Positions 1 through 15,048 of a stretch of 64,000 nt of DNA are shown piece after piece. A program made the translations under genes and the position numbers. The stretch is from NCBI GenBank assembly GCA_964016885.1, contig OZ024743.1:318928001-318992000 (forward strand), read 5' to 3'. The stretch comes from Eledone cirrhosa. Taxonomy: Eukaryota. Every line of letters starts with the position of its first letter. Position 1 is the first letter of the stretch. The notes below the pieces were generated by a model, which saw only the letters and a program-made list of their open reading frames with translations, made no database searches and was not told the origin of the DNA.

Positions 1-94
1 TGTCAGTATAATGAACCCTTCATTCTTGCTCTGCTATCATTTTAATTATACTCTTATATATTTAAGTGCCGAGACCAATAAAGCAACATCCCAT

Positions 95-195
95 CGCACG
101 GCTTCCTTATCGTGTTGTATTCTGTGTTGTGGGTTCGATTCCTGGGCTGGGTTTTGAGTAGTGTACTTGAGCAAAATATTTCATTTCACGCAGTA
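95..195 (+). mobile_element. tRNA-derived SINE fragment (second SINE family)
   Basis: B-box-like GGTTCGATTCC followed by CTTGAGCAAAATATTTCATTTCACG; related copies on the minus strand at ~3400-3560, ~15480-15645 and ~48850-49115. Confidence 0.5.
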
Positions 196-444
196 AGAGA
201 GAAACAGACAAACGCAGCCGAGGTAAATATATATAAAAAACACGAGAAGAAAGAAGAATACTGCGTGGTTTGGACATGGGTTACATATGATAAAAATAGT
301 CCTTCGTCAGTGATTTTCCAACCATCATTGGTATTTCATCGCATTAAAAATCAGATATCTCAGGTTGGTGCGAGCAATAACTAAAAACGTTATTGGGACC
401 AGAATTCGCGTAAGGCGAGGGGGACAACATAGAAGGATAAAAAC

Positions 445-1772
<1,328 letters not shown>

Positions 1773-1836
1773 CATTTTTGAAAAATGGCGTAGGATAGAA
1801 GAAAGGAAAGGCACAGAAACGAAGAAAGAAATCCCC

Positions 1837-1881
1837 AGTCACTGAAGAGGTCACAGAGTGTGTGACGAAAGAACTATGACT
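1837..1881 (+). ncRNA. Type I hammerhead ribozyme motif (minimal helix III)
   Basis: AGTCA-CTGAAGA-g GTCACA gagtg TGTGAC-GAAA-gaac-TA-TGACT; helix I AGTCA/TGACT and helix II pair perfectly. Confidence 0.75.
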
Positions 1882-2094
1882 ATATATATATAAACAACTA
1901 TCTGGTTGTGGAACCAACCAACCAACCAGAAATTTATAAATTTGTAAATTTATAAATATATAATAAATTAAATTGAAGTGAAAGCAACTGGTGCGTGTGT
2001 TTCTTATTGGCAACATGACCCTCCCAAAGTATAACAATATCGGTTTCAACACACGATTTCAGATAAAGAATCTTGCTAAACAAATTCAGAAACG

Positions 2095-2132
<38 letters not shown>

Positions 2133-2216
2133 TCTGAGTATTTAATTTATTAATTCTTCATAGAGCTAAAAAGTGACCGGTTGTAACATATATAAATTTA
2201 TGTATATGTAAACCTC

Positions 2217-2367
<151 letters not shown>

Positions 2368-2394
2368 AGAGAGAGAGAGAGAGAGGGAGAGAGA

Positions 2395-2524
2395 GAGAGA
2401 GCTGTAAATTCCCGTCCACTGCGGCAGGCAGTTTCGGCTATATATATATATATATAGAGAGAGCTGTAAATTCCCGTCCACTGCGGCAGGCAGTTTCGGC
2501 TATATATATATATATATAGAGAGA
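2395..2524. repeat. Two-copy 62-bp tandem repeat with (TA)n spacer
   Basis: GCTGTAAATTCCCGTCCACTGCGGCAGGCAGTTTCGGCTA at 2401 and 2463. Confidence 0.9.
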
Positions 2525-2990
2525 GTCTTCGGATAATTTGAAATGTAAGGTATACGATTTTATTTTTGTCGATAAACATAGAATTTGAGCCTTGCTGCGA
2601 AAAATAAAGCAAGTGACTATCCCATAGGTTTTATTTCTTGGTATGGTATATAACTGTACAGACAATAAATATAAAATTGTTAAATAGGGGGGAAATATAA
2701 TGTACCAAATGAGTACAGCTATAAAAAACCTATCCTTTAGATCCAACGAGGTGAATGATTATTTTTATTTGATATAAGATACGAACTTGGTCATAGTAAT
2801 CTGTAAATGGATCATCAATGCCACGTAGGGAATTAAACACAGAAAGTTCAGATACATTTTAATTCTTCTGTTACCAGCAATATATTTTGTTGTTATATGT
2901 GAATGTTTGAGAGAGCGTGAGTCAGTGTCGGTGATAGCAACTTAAATACAAACGTCGTATTTCCTGCAACAGATACCTAAATATGAAATG

Positions 2991-3254
2991 TTACGCGATG
3001 GGGTCCCCCACAGCACCGGCGGACAGGATGGAGAAGGCGTTCCCCTGGAGGATGGCAAGGGAGACGCGCTGGAAAAGCCACTCCAACTCGCGGGGTTCAC
3101 ACCTGCGGCTGGCCAGCTCAGCGCCTATGGTGGTGAGTAGGGAGGTAGCCCTAGGGCCGAAGACACCAGAAGTCTCCACTGCCAGGGGTACAACCGCAAT
3201 CCTGTCGGAGAGCGACCGGTATTTGAGGAGCTTGGCCTCCTCCATATCGCCCAA
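2991..3254 (-). mobile_element. 3' fragment of CRE-like non-LTR retrotransposon (restriction-like endonuclease C-terminus)
   Basis: EEAKLLKY..L....VPLAVETSGVFG....LFQRVSLAILQGNA matches the typical CRE-clade C-terminal motif; GC-rich island in AT-rich DNA. Confidence 0.75.
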
Positions 3255-4082
3255 AACCGCTTTTGGTTTTATAATATAAAATAGTTTGTTTTAAAGAGTT
3301 TATATTTATCTAAAAATCTTTCTTCATAATTTTATGTAAGAACTTTTGTTAAGGAAAAAGAAAAGGAACCGATAGTCAAGTCGAACCAAGAAAACAATTC
3401 TTCCACTGGACTTTTCATTGCTGAAACTATCTGCCGGTCGCAACTCTTTGCAAAAGGAGCACCGTGAAATACAGTATTTTGCTCAACAGCATAACGCGGT
3501 GTCTGGTCCAGGAACCGAACATACGATCATATGATGGTTAGTCCAACACCATGACTACTACGTTTGAAAATCCAATTTAATAATGAAGATAATTAGTTAT
3601 ATTATTAAGTTCTTACAACATTCTTCATTATTTTCAAAATCATTAATTTAATGTTAACACATTTAATGAAGTAAACATTAAAATATAATTGAATATAGAT
3701 ATGCAACGAGGAAAGACAATTAACCCCAAACATTAATATTCGTTAAATATGCTAATTTTTCACGCCAACTCGTGTACAGTATTGTATATCTTACTACTGA
3801 TTCTCTCATCACTACTTCAATACGAACGGTGAAAACTATACTTCGCTCAGGTGGTCTATTACGGAGTTGTCTACCGTACTTGCTGAAATGATTAAAATAA
3901 TATTAGTTATTGAGTTAATGGCTTTTCCAACTGTATCAGTGTTTCTAATTAGATATTTTTGTTCCCAACTACATTAAATATGTTAACACTTCACTGTCTT
4001 TGCCTCATCTCCCTCGCTTTCTGTCTGTCTGTCTCTTTGCGTGTATATATATATATATATATATATAGTTTTAATATAGATG

Positions 4083-4133
4083 AGATTCTACAGGACTAGA
4101 ACTGTTTCATTCATTAGAAATCATCAGGAATCT
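4083..4133 (-). ncRNA. Type I hammerhead ribozyme in PLE 3' pLTR
   Basis: Reverse complement AGATTC-CTGATGA-tttctaatgaat-GAAA-CAG ttctagtc CTG-TA-GAATCT. Confidence 0.85.
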
Positions 4134-4868
4134 GGGTATCAAAAAATAAATATGGTATTTATAGGTCTCTACAAGTGGTAGGAGAGGGTGGGGAGTGGGA
4201 TGGGTGCAGGTCATTGGTTGATAGAAAAGGGAATTCATTAAAAGCTAATTCTACAAAGCTATAGTTAATTTATATTTATTTATGTTTTTAGAGTAACAAA
4301 GGCAGACAGAATTCTATAAACAGGTTCCGGATGGCATACCATTCCTTGTCAATAAGTTTCTCTTAAGCTAGCAGATGTCTATAAAATCAGTGGGGGGTCA
4401 TTCATGCTCGATAGAATTAAAGAAAAGGGAGATTCTTTAAAAGCTAAAGTCATTAAGGTTCTACTAAGTGACAAAGGTCTAGGGAATTCTACAGACAGAT
4501 TCAAAATACTGAGTGCATATCTTACTATTATCTTCGAACTTCTCTTAAACTAATCAACAATATGCCAAATCAACAGACACATTCACAAAAAAACAAAAAA
4601 ACCCCAAAAAACAAAAAAACAAAAAAACAGAAAAACAAAAAAAAACAAAAAAAAAAAAAACCACACCTAAAAAACAAAAAAACACACATACTCACTCACA
4701 CACTTACGCGCAACCATAAACACACACACAAACACATATACACACATAAAAACACACACACATATATAAAAAATATATAAATATATACAAATATATATTC
4801 ATGTACACACACATACATACACACATACATACATACATATATAAAATACATATACACATATACATACG

Positions 4869-4949
<81 letters not shown>

Positions 4950-5143
4950 ATATATATATATATATATACACATACACATACACACACACACACATACACA
5001 TACATATATATATATACATATATATATATACATACATATATATACAAACATATATATATATATACACACACACACAGATACACACACACATACACATACA
5101 TACACATATGTATAAATATCTATACACACACACATACACACAC

Positions 5144-5376
<233 letters not shown>

Positions 5377-5447
5377 CATATACATATATACACATATACA
5401 TACATATATATATATATATATATCTCTATACACACACATACAAATAC

Positions 5448-5508
<61 letters not shown>

Positions 5509-5614
5509 CACATATATATATATATATATATCCATACATACACAAACATACACATGCATACACAGACCTATACATAAATATACACATATATATACAGACA
5601 TATAACGCACATAT

Positions 5615-5679
<65 letters not shown>

Positions 5680-5680
5680 C

Positions 5681-5744
<64 letters not shown>

Positions 5745-6064
5745 GCGCGCATACACACACACACACACCCACACACAAAATATATATACACACACACATA
5801 CAAATACATACATACATACACATACACATATATATACATATACATATATATACATATATATACATATATATATACACATATGCATATATATATACATATA
5901 CATATACATACACATACATACATACACATACACACATATATGTACATATACACTCACAAATACACACACATACACACATATATACATATACATACACACA
6001 AACACATACATATACACATATATATATATATATATACACGCACACATATACACACATACATACG

Positions 6065-6124
<60 letters not shown>

Positions 6125-6158
6125 AATATATACACACACATATACAAACATACATATG

Positions 6159-6244
<86 letters not shown>

Positions 6245-6364
6245 TACATATACATATATACACACATACATACATACATACATATACACAAACACATACA
6301 AACATATACCTACATAAATATACACACATAAAACACGTATTCACACAAACATATATATATACAC

Positions 6365-6455
<91 letters not shown>

Positions 6456-6706
6456 TATACATATATATATATATATACACACAACACATACACATATACA
6501 CATATACAAACAAATATATACACATACAAGTAAATAGGTACTCAATAAATATACGCATATACACAGGCACATAAAGACACCTCTACAGGCAGAAGAAGTA
6601 GATACAAAAGAGGTACTCACATGACCATAGTGGCCGTATTTCAGGTTGAGGAGGGGTGGGGGTAGGGTGGGGAGGAGGTATAGGGGCCAATAGGGGGAGG
6701 TCGTTT

Positions 6707-8347
6707 TTAGCCATCGGGCTTTAACACTGGCTTAAAGTGTTTGAATGTTGCAAAGTTCTTGTGCATGCAGTTCGGGCAGTGTTCAGAGAGTTTGTTCAGT
6801 AGCGGGCCCTTGGCGAATAAAATTTCGTAGCTCTCTGAAATACAAAGGTCGCAGCCCTTGTGTCCTCCGTTGTAAGAGCGCGCTTTCTGGAGTATTTTCC
6901 AATTAAGCGTGAAGGGGGTGGAGTTCCTTTTGAGGTCCCAAACGTAGGAGGCGAGTGTTGTTTGGTTTGATTTATCCGGTCTTCTGAAGGAGTGGGTATG
7001 GGCATACCAGCGGGTCTTAAAGGTGTTGGAGGTCATGCCGATGTAAGTTTTTTTGCAATCCTCGGTGCCCGAAATGACATCGCATTTGTATACGATGTCG
7101 TTTGTGAGGCATTTGTTTTCTAGTGGGCATGTTTCCTTATTTAGGCAATTACATAGAGCCCCAGTCCGGGGATTGGTTTCGGAGGTGGTTGGCTTATTTA
7201 GTTTAGAGTTGTGGTTGGCTATATTCCTAGCTAGGTTAGGTGTGGTGGAGTAAGACAGTCTTATAGTGTTCTTATTAAAGATGGTGTAGTACCTATGTTG
7301 TATGGGGAAGTGTAATTTCAGTAAAGTGAAGAAAATCCTAGCTATCGGAGTAGATACCTCTCTATTGAAGGGAGGGTTGTACCAGCTAATCTGCCTATGT
7401 CTATTCCTCCTCTGCAATTTTGCGGTGGTTTCTAGGTAAGTTATCTTATCTTTAAATCCGCTACGGGCTAGGGCGTCATTGTAGTAGGAGGCAGATGCAT
7501 TAAAAATATCTTTGTTGGCGGAGAGGCCAGATATTCTAATAGAGACGCTTTTTACTAGGTTATCAGTAATGTTTTGGGGGTGGTTTGAATTAACATTAAT
7601 ATATTTAAGGGACTCATTAGGTTTGTGGTACGGGTAATAGAGGGAAGTATCTAGGTCGAGAGTGACATCTAAGAAGTTGGCCCTAGTCAAATTAGAATCT
7701 ATAGTTATACTAAATCCTAGATTAGAGAAGAAAGAGCTTAAGTTTTTCCGAAACCCATCGGTGGTTCTGGGGCTAACCTTATGCAGGGCGAAGAGGCCGT
7801 CGTCTCGGTATAAACCTCCAGTAAGGCCGGTAAAGAGGTTCTTCAGGTTATGTAGGATGTACAGGCCCACAAGGTCGCTAATTTCAGCCGAGTCACTCGC
7901 CCCCATGCTAACGTCAAATGGGGTCTGAGATTTCTTGTTGATCCAGTAGGATCCATCGTGGTATAGAAAGGTCTTACGAGCGTGGAGGATAATAACTTGC
8001 TCGGCATCGGTAATGGTGGTAAAATTCCTGGCAAAGTTAATTGCGTCCTTCAGGAGGGGCTCCGAGATAGAGGCATAGTAGTTTTCTATGTCGAGTTGCA
8101 GGAAGCGAGTGTGGTGTTTATCGGGTAATTCTTGGAACCATGATATTGCCTCAGATGTTCTACTCCAGAGTGGAAGTGGTGAGGCCGCCCGCAATAATGG
8201 TAGAACTCTATCCAGGATCTTCTTACTGATAGAGCCGATGTCAGAACGAGTGGGGTTGATAAGTCTGACTGATGGTTTGTTGAGGAAGTTTCCCTTATGG
8301 TCCTTCAGGGTAAAGTGCGGGGTCTTTACCCTTAAAGGTTCGGTTCG
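6707..8347 (-). CDS. Penelope-like reverse transcriptase + Cys-rich linker + GIY-YIG endonuclease (N-terminally truncated, uninterrupted frame)
   Basis: RT motifs [28 protein letters not shown]; CNC..CPL..C linker; IVY...YIGMT..FKTRW..H; CDLC and C-terminal CMH. The first 19 aa of the ORF-track call derive from the inverted microsatellite. Confidence 0.93.
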   Translation of the reverse strand, partial: RTEPLRVKTPHFTLKDHKGNFLNKPSVRLINPTRSDIGSISKKILDRVLPLLRAASPLPLWSRTSEAISWFQELPDKHHTRFLQLDIENYYASISEPLLKDAINFARNFTTITDAEQVIILHARKTFLYHDGSYWINKKSQTPFDVSMGASDSAEISDLVGLYILHNLKNLFTGLTGGLYRDDGLFALHKVSPRTTDGFRKNLSSFFSNLGFSITIDSNLTRANFLDVTLDLDTSLYYPYHKPNESLKYINVNSNHPQNITDNLVKSVSIRISGLSANKDIFNASASYYNDALARSGFKDKITYLETTAKLQRRNRHRQISWYNPPFNREVSTPIARIFFTLLKLHFPIQHRYYTIFNKNTIRLSYSTTPNLARNIANHNSKLNKPTTSETNPRTGALCNCLNKETCPLENKCLTNDIVYKCDVISGTEDCKKTYIGMTSNTFKTRWYAHTHSFRRPDKSNQTTLASYVWDLKRNSTPFTLNWKILQKARSYNGGHKGCDLCISESYEILFAKGPLLNKLSEHCPNCMHKNFATFKHFKPVLKPDG

Positions 8348-9092
8348 GTGTATATGTATTTTATATATGTATGTATGTATGTGTGTATGTATGTGTGTGT
8401 ACATGAATATATATTTGTATATATTTATATATTTTTTATATATGTGTGTGTGTTTTTATGTGTGTATATGTGTTTGTGTGTGTGTTTATGGTTGCGCGTA
8501 AGTGTGTGAGTGAGTATGTGTGTTTTTTTGTTTTTTAGGTGTGTGTTTTTTTTTTTTTTTTTTTTTTTTTTTTTGTTTTTCTGTTTTTTTTTTGGGGGGG
8601 GGGGGGTTGTTTTTTTGTGAATGTGTCTGTTGTGAATGTTTTTGTTTTTTTGTGAATGTGTCATATTGTTGATTAGTTTAAGAGAAGTTCGAAGATAATA
8701 GTAAGATATGCACTCAGTATTTTGAATCTGTCTGTAGAATTCCCTAGACCTTTGTCACTTAGTAGAACCTTAATGACTTTAGCTTTTAAAGAATCTCCCT
8801 TTTCTTTAATTCTATCGAGCATGAATGACCCCCCACTGATTTTATAGACATCTGCTAGCTTAAGAGAAACTTATTGACAAGGAATGGTATGCCATCCGGA
8901 ACCTGTTTATAGAATTCTGTCTGCCTTTGTTACTCTAAAAACATAAATAAATATAAATTAACTATAGCTTTGTAGAATTAGCTTTTAATGAATTCCCTTT
9001 TCTATCAACCAATGACCTGTACCCATCCCACTCCCCACCCTCTCCTACCACTTGTAGAGACCTATAAATACCATATTTATTTTTTGATACCC

Positions 9093-9143
9093 AGATTCCT
9101 GATGATTTCTAATGAATGAAACAGTTCTAGTCCTGTAGAATCT
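9093..9143 (+). ncRNA. Type I hammerhead ribozyme in inverted PLE pLTR
   Basis: AGATTC-CTGATGA-...-GAAA-CAG..CTG-TA-GAATCT; 6-bp helix I. Confidence 0.85.
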
Positions 9144-9225
9144 CATCTATATTAAAACTGTTATACTCTGCTATGTATTGAGTACCCTACTTACTGTGGT
9201 TACCTCCGATTCAACCCGGAATAAC

Positions 9226-9337
<112 letters not shown>

Positions 9338-9426
9338 ATGTAAAAGCTAAACAGAAATAACAACATAATCGGTACAGTATATGGAAGGTATATATTAGGT
9401 TAACGCTTGATATAGCAGGAAGAGGG

Positions 9427-9462
9427 TCTTAACGTTTCGGACGCTAGTCCTTCATCAGAAGA
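9427..9462 (-). ncRNA. Minimal type I hammerhead ribozyme
   Basis: Reverse complement TCTT-CTGATGA-a GGAC tagc GTCC-GAAA-CG-TT-AAGA; palindromic ACGT in place of helix III. Confidence 0.7.
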
Positions 9463-9562
9463 AAGAATGAGAAATAAAATAGATTGAGAGGACGGGCGGG
9501 ATGGAATTGGACAACATGTCTTTAGATAAAAATAACAGGTCCATTCATGTTGATATCTCTTG

Positions 9563-9613
<51 letters not shown>

Positions 9614-9689
9614 GAAAATGAGCAAACAAAACACAGGAGGCAATTGTACACAGTTATATTAGGTTCACGCTTGGTGGAAGTGGAGGGGG

Positions 9690-9725
9690 TTTTGACGTTT
9701 CGGACAGTAGTCCTTTATCAGGAAA
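9690..9725 (-). ncRNA. Degenerate hammerhead, paralogue of 9427-9462
   Basis: Reverse complement CTGATAA-a GGAC tact GTCC-GAAACGTC; core G8 mutated; shared flank TATATTAGGTT(A/C)ACGCTTG. Confidence 0.55.
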
Positions 9726-9801
9726 GTTCGGATAGGGGGAGAACAGAAACTCAGAGGAAGAGTAAGGCAGGGTTAAATGTGTGTGTGTGTGTGTATATAT
9801 A

Positions 9802-10592
9802 TTGGCTTGGGTGGTTAATGCCTTCTTGACCACCTTTTCAGTTTTGTATGGCTTCTTAACACATTGTTTAGCTCTGGTTTTTAACTATCGAGCACTTTGC
9901 CAGTATCATTTCTGATTTCTGCGTTTCGCTTCGCCTTTCCTGCCCGCCGAAATGCGATTCTCGCTGAATCTTTATTTGTATTAATCTCCCGTGTCTTACA
10001 ATTAACTTGTTAATAATTTCTATTGACAGGTTAATTGTATAAGTTTATTTTAAAACCACCCGGTTGAGAACTTATTCGATTTGTGCTATTTATGCTATTT
10101 TTCGCATGATTTACACTTGCTGAATTACTTTGCCAAAGTCTGGGGTTATTCCCCTAGTGATTTCCACACGTGGTTTAACTTACCACCGTGTCATTCACTT
10201 ATTTGATACAGAGCGAAATACCTGTTGATAACGTGATATTCCTTGTTCTATCGTTATACCCAAAGCTTATATTTTTAAGCAGACTGTATTTTGATTTAGG
10301 TGTCACAGAAACTCTACATCGGATTTTAACAGCAATTCGGGGAGTCCAGGTCTGGTTATCATTTATTTTTTTATCATTTATTTTGTTTTGACCTGTTTAG
10401 CTTGATTTGGTTTTTGGCTTGAGTGGTTAATGCCTTCTTGACCACCTTTTCAGTTTTGTATGGCTTCTTAACACATTGTTTAGCTCTGGTTTTTAACTAT
10501 CGAGCACTTTGCCAGTATCATTTCTGAATTTTGCGTTTCGCTTCGCCTTTCCTGCCCGCCGAAATACGATTCTCGCTGAATCTTTATTTGTA
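9802..10592. repeat. Partial tandem element: 179-bp direct repeats at 612-bp spacing
   Basis: 9802-9980 and 10414-10592 nearly identical; TA tracts at both ends. Confidence 0.88.
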
Positions 10593-10721
10593 TATATATA
10601 TATATACACACACACACACATATATATATACATATATACCACTATTAATTTTGGTAAGGTGAGAGAAGCTAGATGCACGCTTAAGGTCTTCAGCACCTAA
10701 AGAATTCAAAGCAATCGAATA

Positions 10722-10915
10722 TCTTCTTCTTCTTCTTCTTCTTCTTCTTCTCGATAGGGTCGTGAGGGAAGAGTCCTCAAACACTCCTTCCAGTGGGTCC
10801 TGTTAGAAGCAACAGTCTCTAACATATCCGGCTGCATCCCCAAGTGAGACCAGCCAAGCTTAACATTTGATAATGCCAATGTTCTTGATACGTGTATTTG
10901 TTAAAGTCAATCCCT
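10722..10915 (-). mobile_element. RTE-like LINE 3' end with (GAA)n tail
   Basis: Minus translation LGWSHLGMQPDMLETVASNRTHWKECL followed by (GAA)n. Confidence 0.5.
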
Positions 10916-10939
10916 CTTAATATATATATATATATAAAA

Positions 10940-11340
10940 AACAAAACCTGACAAAGGGCGGAAGAACTCATAAAAGTCAACGGCCATCCGAAAGTGTGTA
11001 AATATGTATATACACATGTACCGCACGGTTAAACCACTGGGAGTGAAGGATCCCTAGCCTCTGTCAGGGTGTTTTTGTAGGAGAAGGCAACTCAGGAAAC
11101 TGGGATAACTCCGATATAAAACCTGCGGCTCAGTAGTTACCGATGATGTTGATATTTTCTTCTTTTCAGGTTATAGTTACTGTCGCTCAGAGAGTGGGAT
11201 TGGCTCAGTGCACAGTCTTTCCTCACTTTAAAAAATATGTTCATGCACAGGCATTGCACGATAGAATTAATTAATAATTATAAATAATGGTATATCGTGC
11301 AATGGCCATACTCGATAACGAGGGGGAAACCATCATCACG
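10940..11340 (+). mobile_element. Non-coding interspersed repeat resembling an RTE 5' UTR
   Basis: Near-identical copy at ~48255-48565, diverged longer copy at ~50815-51260; GGAGAAGGCAACTC...AAACC motif. Confidence 0.6.
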
Positions 11341-11396
11341 TATGTATGTATATGATAAAGAACACAAGAGCGTCTACAACATCAAAAGATTTTGAT

Positions 11397-11445
11397 TGGC
11401 TTACAATGTTTCTTCCTTACGTAACCGTAGGATTCGTCAGAGCTA
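11397..11445 (-). ncRNA. Type I hammerhead ribozyme
   Basis: Reverse complement taGCT-CTGACGA-a TCCTACG gtta CGTAaGGA a-GAAA-CattG-TA-AGCca. Confidence 0.72.
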
Positions 11446-12366
11446 TAAAAGGGGTTTGATTGGTGTTATGGACTCTACCAACCAAACATTCAAGAACAAA
11501 GAGTAAAGAGAGTAAAGAGCAAAAGCAGGGGACGATAAGTCTAATTTTGGTGCGGGAGGGTGGGGTGTGGGTCCTTGTTTACTAGCTGCGGTCATATTCA
11601 TTCCCGGGAGTCGAGTGGTTAGTTGAGCCATAGATGGGGTGGCGTCGATAGTAGGGTGCAGAGGGTGTGCAGAGGCTACACACACACAAAGGGCATACAA
11701 TATATATATAACGGAGGAGAAAGTACATGAGGTAATTAGAAATGGAAAAAGAGTAATAATAATAATCTATAATTAATAATGTATAATAAGGCATGGGGAA
11801 GATTACACTATAATAAGGTATAAAAGTAAGAATAAGGTAAAATATAAAGGAGGATAAAAGTGAAAGTAAGAATAAAGATAAAAAAAATATATATAAAAAA
11901 TATATAGAGAATATATAAAGAAATATAAGCAAGTATTTGAAGGGGAAAACACAATGTAAAAAAACCGATTTTTTCAAATAAAAATAAAAATATTATAATT
12001 ATGGGGGGGAGAAAACGGGATAGAGAAGTATGATCAAATGTGATTAGTTGAGAGAATATAAGATGATAATAGTTATGTCAAGTTTATACATCTTAATAAT
12101 AAATAATCTGTATATCAGAGTTACAGAACCTTCAATTCACTTACAGGTTCAAGCCACGTGGCATAGTCCATTGTTCATCTGTGCGGTCATGTGCGTTTGT
12201 TTTTGACACCACAGCAGATGCACAAGTTCGTAAATTCCAATGCAGATAGAAATCTATTTTTGCTCACCCAGACATTGACGGAGGATCCAATATTCCTAGT
12301 TCAATATGTGTGTGGTGTTATTTTGGTCGCACAAATGTATGTATGTATGTATGTATGTATGTATGT

Positions 12367-13107
12367 TTTCTCTTTCTCTTAATTTCGAGTATATTTTTTT
12401 GACCGGCCACCTTCCTGGTGGCAAGGTTGTAAAAGAAAAGAAATTGTCATCCCTTGAATCGCAAGAATGTTTTGCAAATTTTGAAGGTGCCAGCTATCGC
12501 AGCCATTTCTAGACTATGAATTAGGGAGCTGCGCTTTTTGTCCGCAAATCCAAGTTCGGTCATACTTTGGTCCAAGCGGGTTGGTATATAACCCGTAGCT
12601 CCAATAATGATGGGTATGAAGCTAAAGGTGTATCTTGGATACTGGATTTGTAAACTCCTCATCAATGGTCCGTAGATGTCCTCCTTCTCCTGTATTTTTC
12701 TGACAACGTTTACATCAAGTGGGCAGCTGATCTCCACAACAGAACACGTTTTCAATGTGTGGTCCCAAACTACAATATCAGGCCGGTTGTGCTTTAATTT
12801 GGTGGCAGTTTTTATTTTCAGGTTCCACCAGTATTCCTTAGTGCCATCTGCCTCAATATATTCTTCCTCGTTTGTTGTTAATTTTGTTTTCCGAAGTGCG
12901 TTCCAGATGGTTCTAGCTACCCCATCGTGTCTCATGGGGAGGTAGTAGCGAGATGACATTCTTTCGCAGCTGGCAACAATGTGGCTTACATCCTCGATCT
13001 TTGTTTTACATAGCCTATATTTATTGTCAGCTGCTGGCCCTCCTCTTTTGTGCAGCAGATATTTGGCAGGGAGTTCTTGTTCCTGTATTGCATAGAGATA
13101 TCCCTCA
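12367..13107 (-). mobile_element. 3' fragment of R4/Dong-like non-LTR retrotransposon (REL endonuclease)
   Basis: YLPMRHDGVA, HNRPDIVVWD, VVEISCPLD, KEDIY motifs (ORF 12447-12959); flanked by (TATG)n. Confidence 0.85.
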
Positions 13108-13462
13108 TGTATGTATGTATGTATGCATATATGTATGTGTAAGAAGATCGTATAGGTCTAGGTTGAAAAGTGTGGATGAGAGGATATATGCCCATCGTAC
13201 TACGTTTAGGAAATTGCTAGGTTCCAGAAGTATTGCTTTTGTACACTTTATAGTTTTAGAGGTAGGGCAGGCGGTTGGCTAGCTAGTATTTATTTATTTA
13301 TTTAATCAGTTTAAACGTCTGGAAAGACCTAGTAAGTCATGACAGACTAGGGGAGGTATCTAGTAATTTTTACAGTTAAGATACAAAAACAAGATAGAGA
13401 GAGAAAGAGAGAGGGGCGAGAGATAGAAATAGAGTGAGAGAGTAAGATAAAGAGAGAGAAAG

Positions 13463-13546
<84 letters not shown>

Positions 13547-13779
13547 AAGAGGAGGGCAACGAGAGGCAAAAGAAGCATAAATAAAATTTAAAAAATAAGT
13601 GAAAATTAAGGGCAACTATATATCAGTTAACAGTTTCTGTTGTTGAACCTTTCTGTAGCCTCCATGTACTCAACAATTTTGTTTATAGTTGGTAGATCTT
13701 TTACAATATATTGTATCTTCAAATCTTGATACTTTTTAATGATCAGCTTCAAGATGTCTTCTCTGTCAGACTGATAGTT

Positions 13780-13990
13780 TTTACATTGTAACAAATAGTG
13801 CCAAAGAGTTTCTGGGAAGTCACCACAATTACATAGAGGTGATCTCTATGACCTGTTTGTCATAAAATATAGTTCAATGATATATGTCCAGTTCGAAGCT
13901 ACTATAGTTTTTTTATTTTTATTAACATTGCTCAGTGTTTGATATATTTTAAATGTTGTCACATCTGGTTGAGTAATTGCTCTTGTTTCT
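13780..13990 (-). mobile_element. Decayed LINE C-terminal zinc-knuckle fragment
   Basis: Minus translation LCNCGDFPETLWHYLLQCK (C-C-H-C) at 13780-13836. Confidence 0.5.
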
Positions 13991-14835
13991 GAAGATTGCA
14001 AACCTGTCAACTCTCGCCGTCCGACGGGGAGATGTCCCACCCATTTGGGTGTATGTGTGTGAGAGATATCTTCTCTTATGAAAATGGGTATAGCTTTCAT
14101 TATATAAAATCTCCTGCTTCATTTCTCCCCGTTTTGGAGCACTTTTTTTTCATGGTGCTCCCCGTTTGGATATTTAGAGGTTGGCAGGTCTGAGGTTGTA
14201 TTGAAATTATTTTAAAATAAGTGGATAGTAAGAAATGATATCGGAAGCTTCTCTGGTGTAGTTAGAATAGTAGGTGTTGTCGGGTTTTGTTTTTAGAGCC
14301 TTCATAAAATGTCTATGCATAGTTTGGGAATTGTATAGTGATAGAATACGAGGGAGGGCTGAGAGGTTCATAGGCTGACTGTGAAGGAGTAATAATCTTG
14401 CATTCATTTATTTCAACTCTTCTTATTAACCGCTGCATTGTTTTTTTTTTCAGGGACTATGTTGAAAAATAAACCTCATTTGGTCATTCTACGAGAGTAT
14501 CTTGATCAGCCTATAGACTTTTCAGCCGACCGACCCTCGTATGGTGATATGAATCAATGTTTGTGATTTGGATATGATGTATAAATTAGTGATGTCAAGG
14601 ATTAGATTGTTTTTTTTTAGACTTGGCAGTAATTTCTTGCAATTCAAGAAACTACGTGGTCGTTCGACAAGCAAGGAATGACTACCAAATCTTTCTATTG
14701 TTTTTTTTTACGTTAAATCTACAAGATAAACTAACACTGAATAGATGCATAGTTTTATGTATCTGTTTAGTACTTTGTTCATTTTAACAGGGTTGGCCTT
14801 GTGCCTAAATCAGAAACCAATATTATTATTGTTAA

Positions 14836-15048
14836 ATGGCAGTATTGGTAGAGCACCGGACACCATGATTCGTGGTATATAGTTATGTCCCTTTACGATC
14901 TGAGTTGAAATCCCGCCGAGGTTACCTTTGTCTTTTATTCTTATGGGGTCGATAAATTAAGGTACTAGTCATGCACTAGAGTCGATTTAATCGACTTTCC
15001 TCTTCCCTTCAAATTGCTGGCCTTATGCCAAAAAGTAGAAACAATTAT
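14836..15048 (+). mobile_element. tRNA-derived SINE (dominant family, Meta-domain-like centre)
   Basis: B box GAGTTGAAATCCC, centre GGGGTCGATAAA..GTACTAGT, tail GGCCTTATGCCAAAAAGTAGAAACAATT. Confidence 0.8.

Noticed and set aside
258-315. Hammerhead-like CTGACGA-aGGAC...GTCC on the minus strand
   Set aside because: GAAA is reduced to AAA and helix I does not pair; at most a decayed copy.
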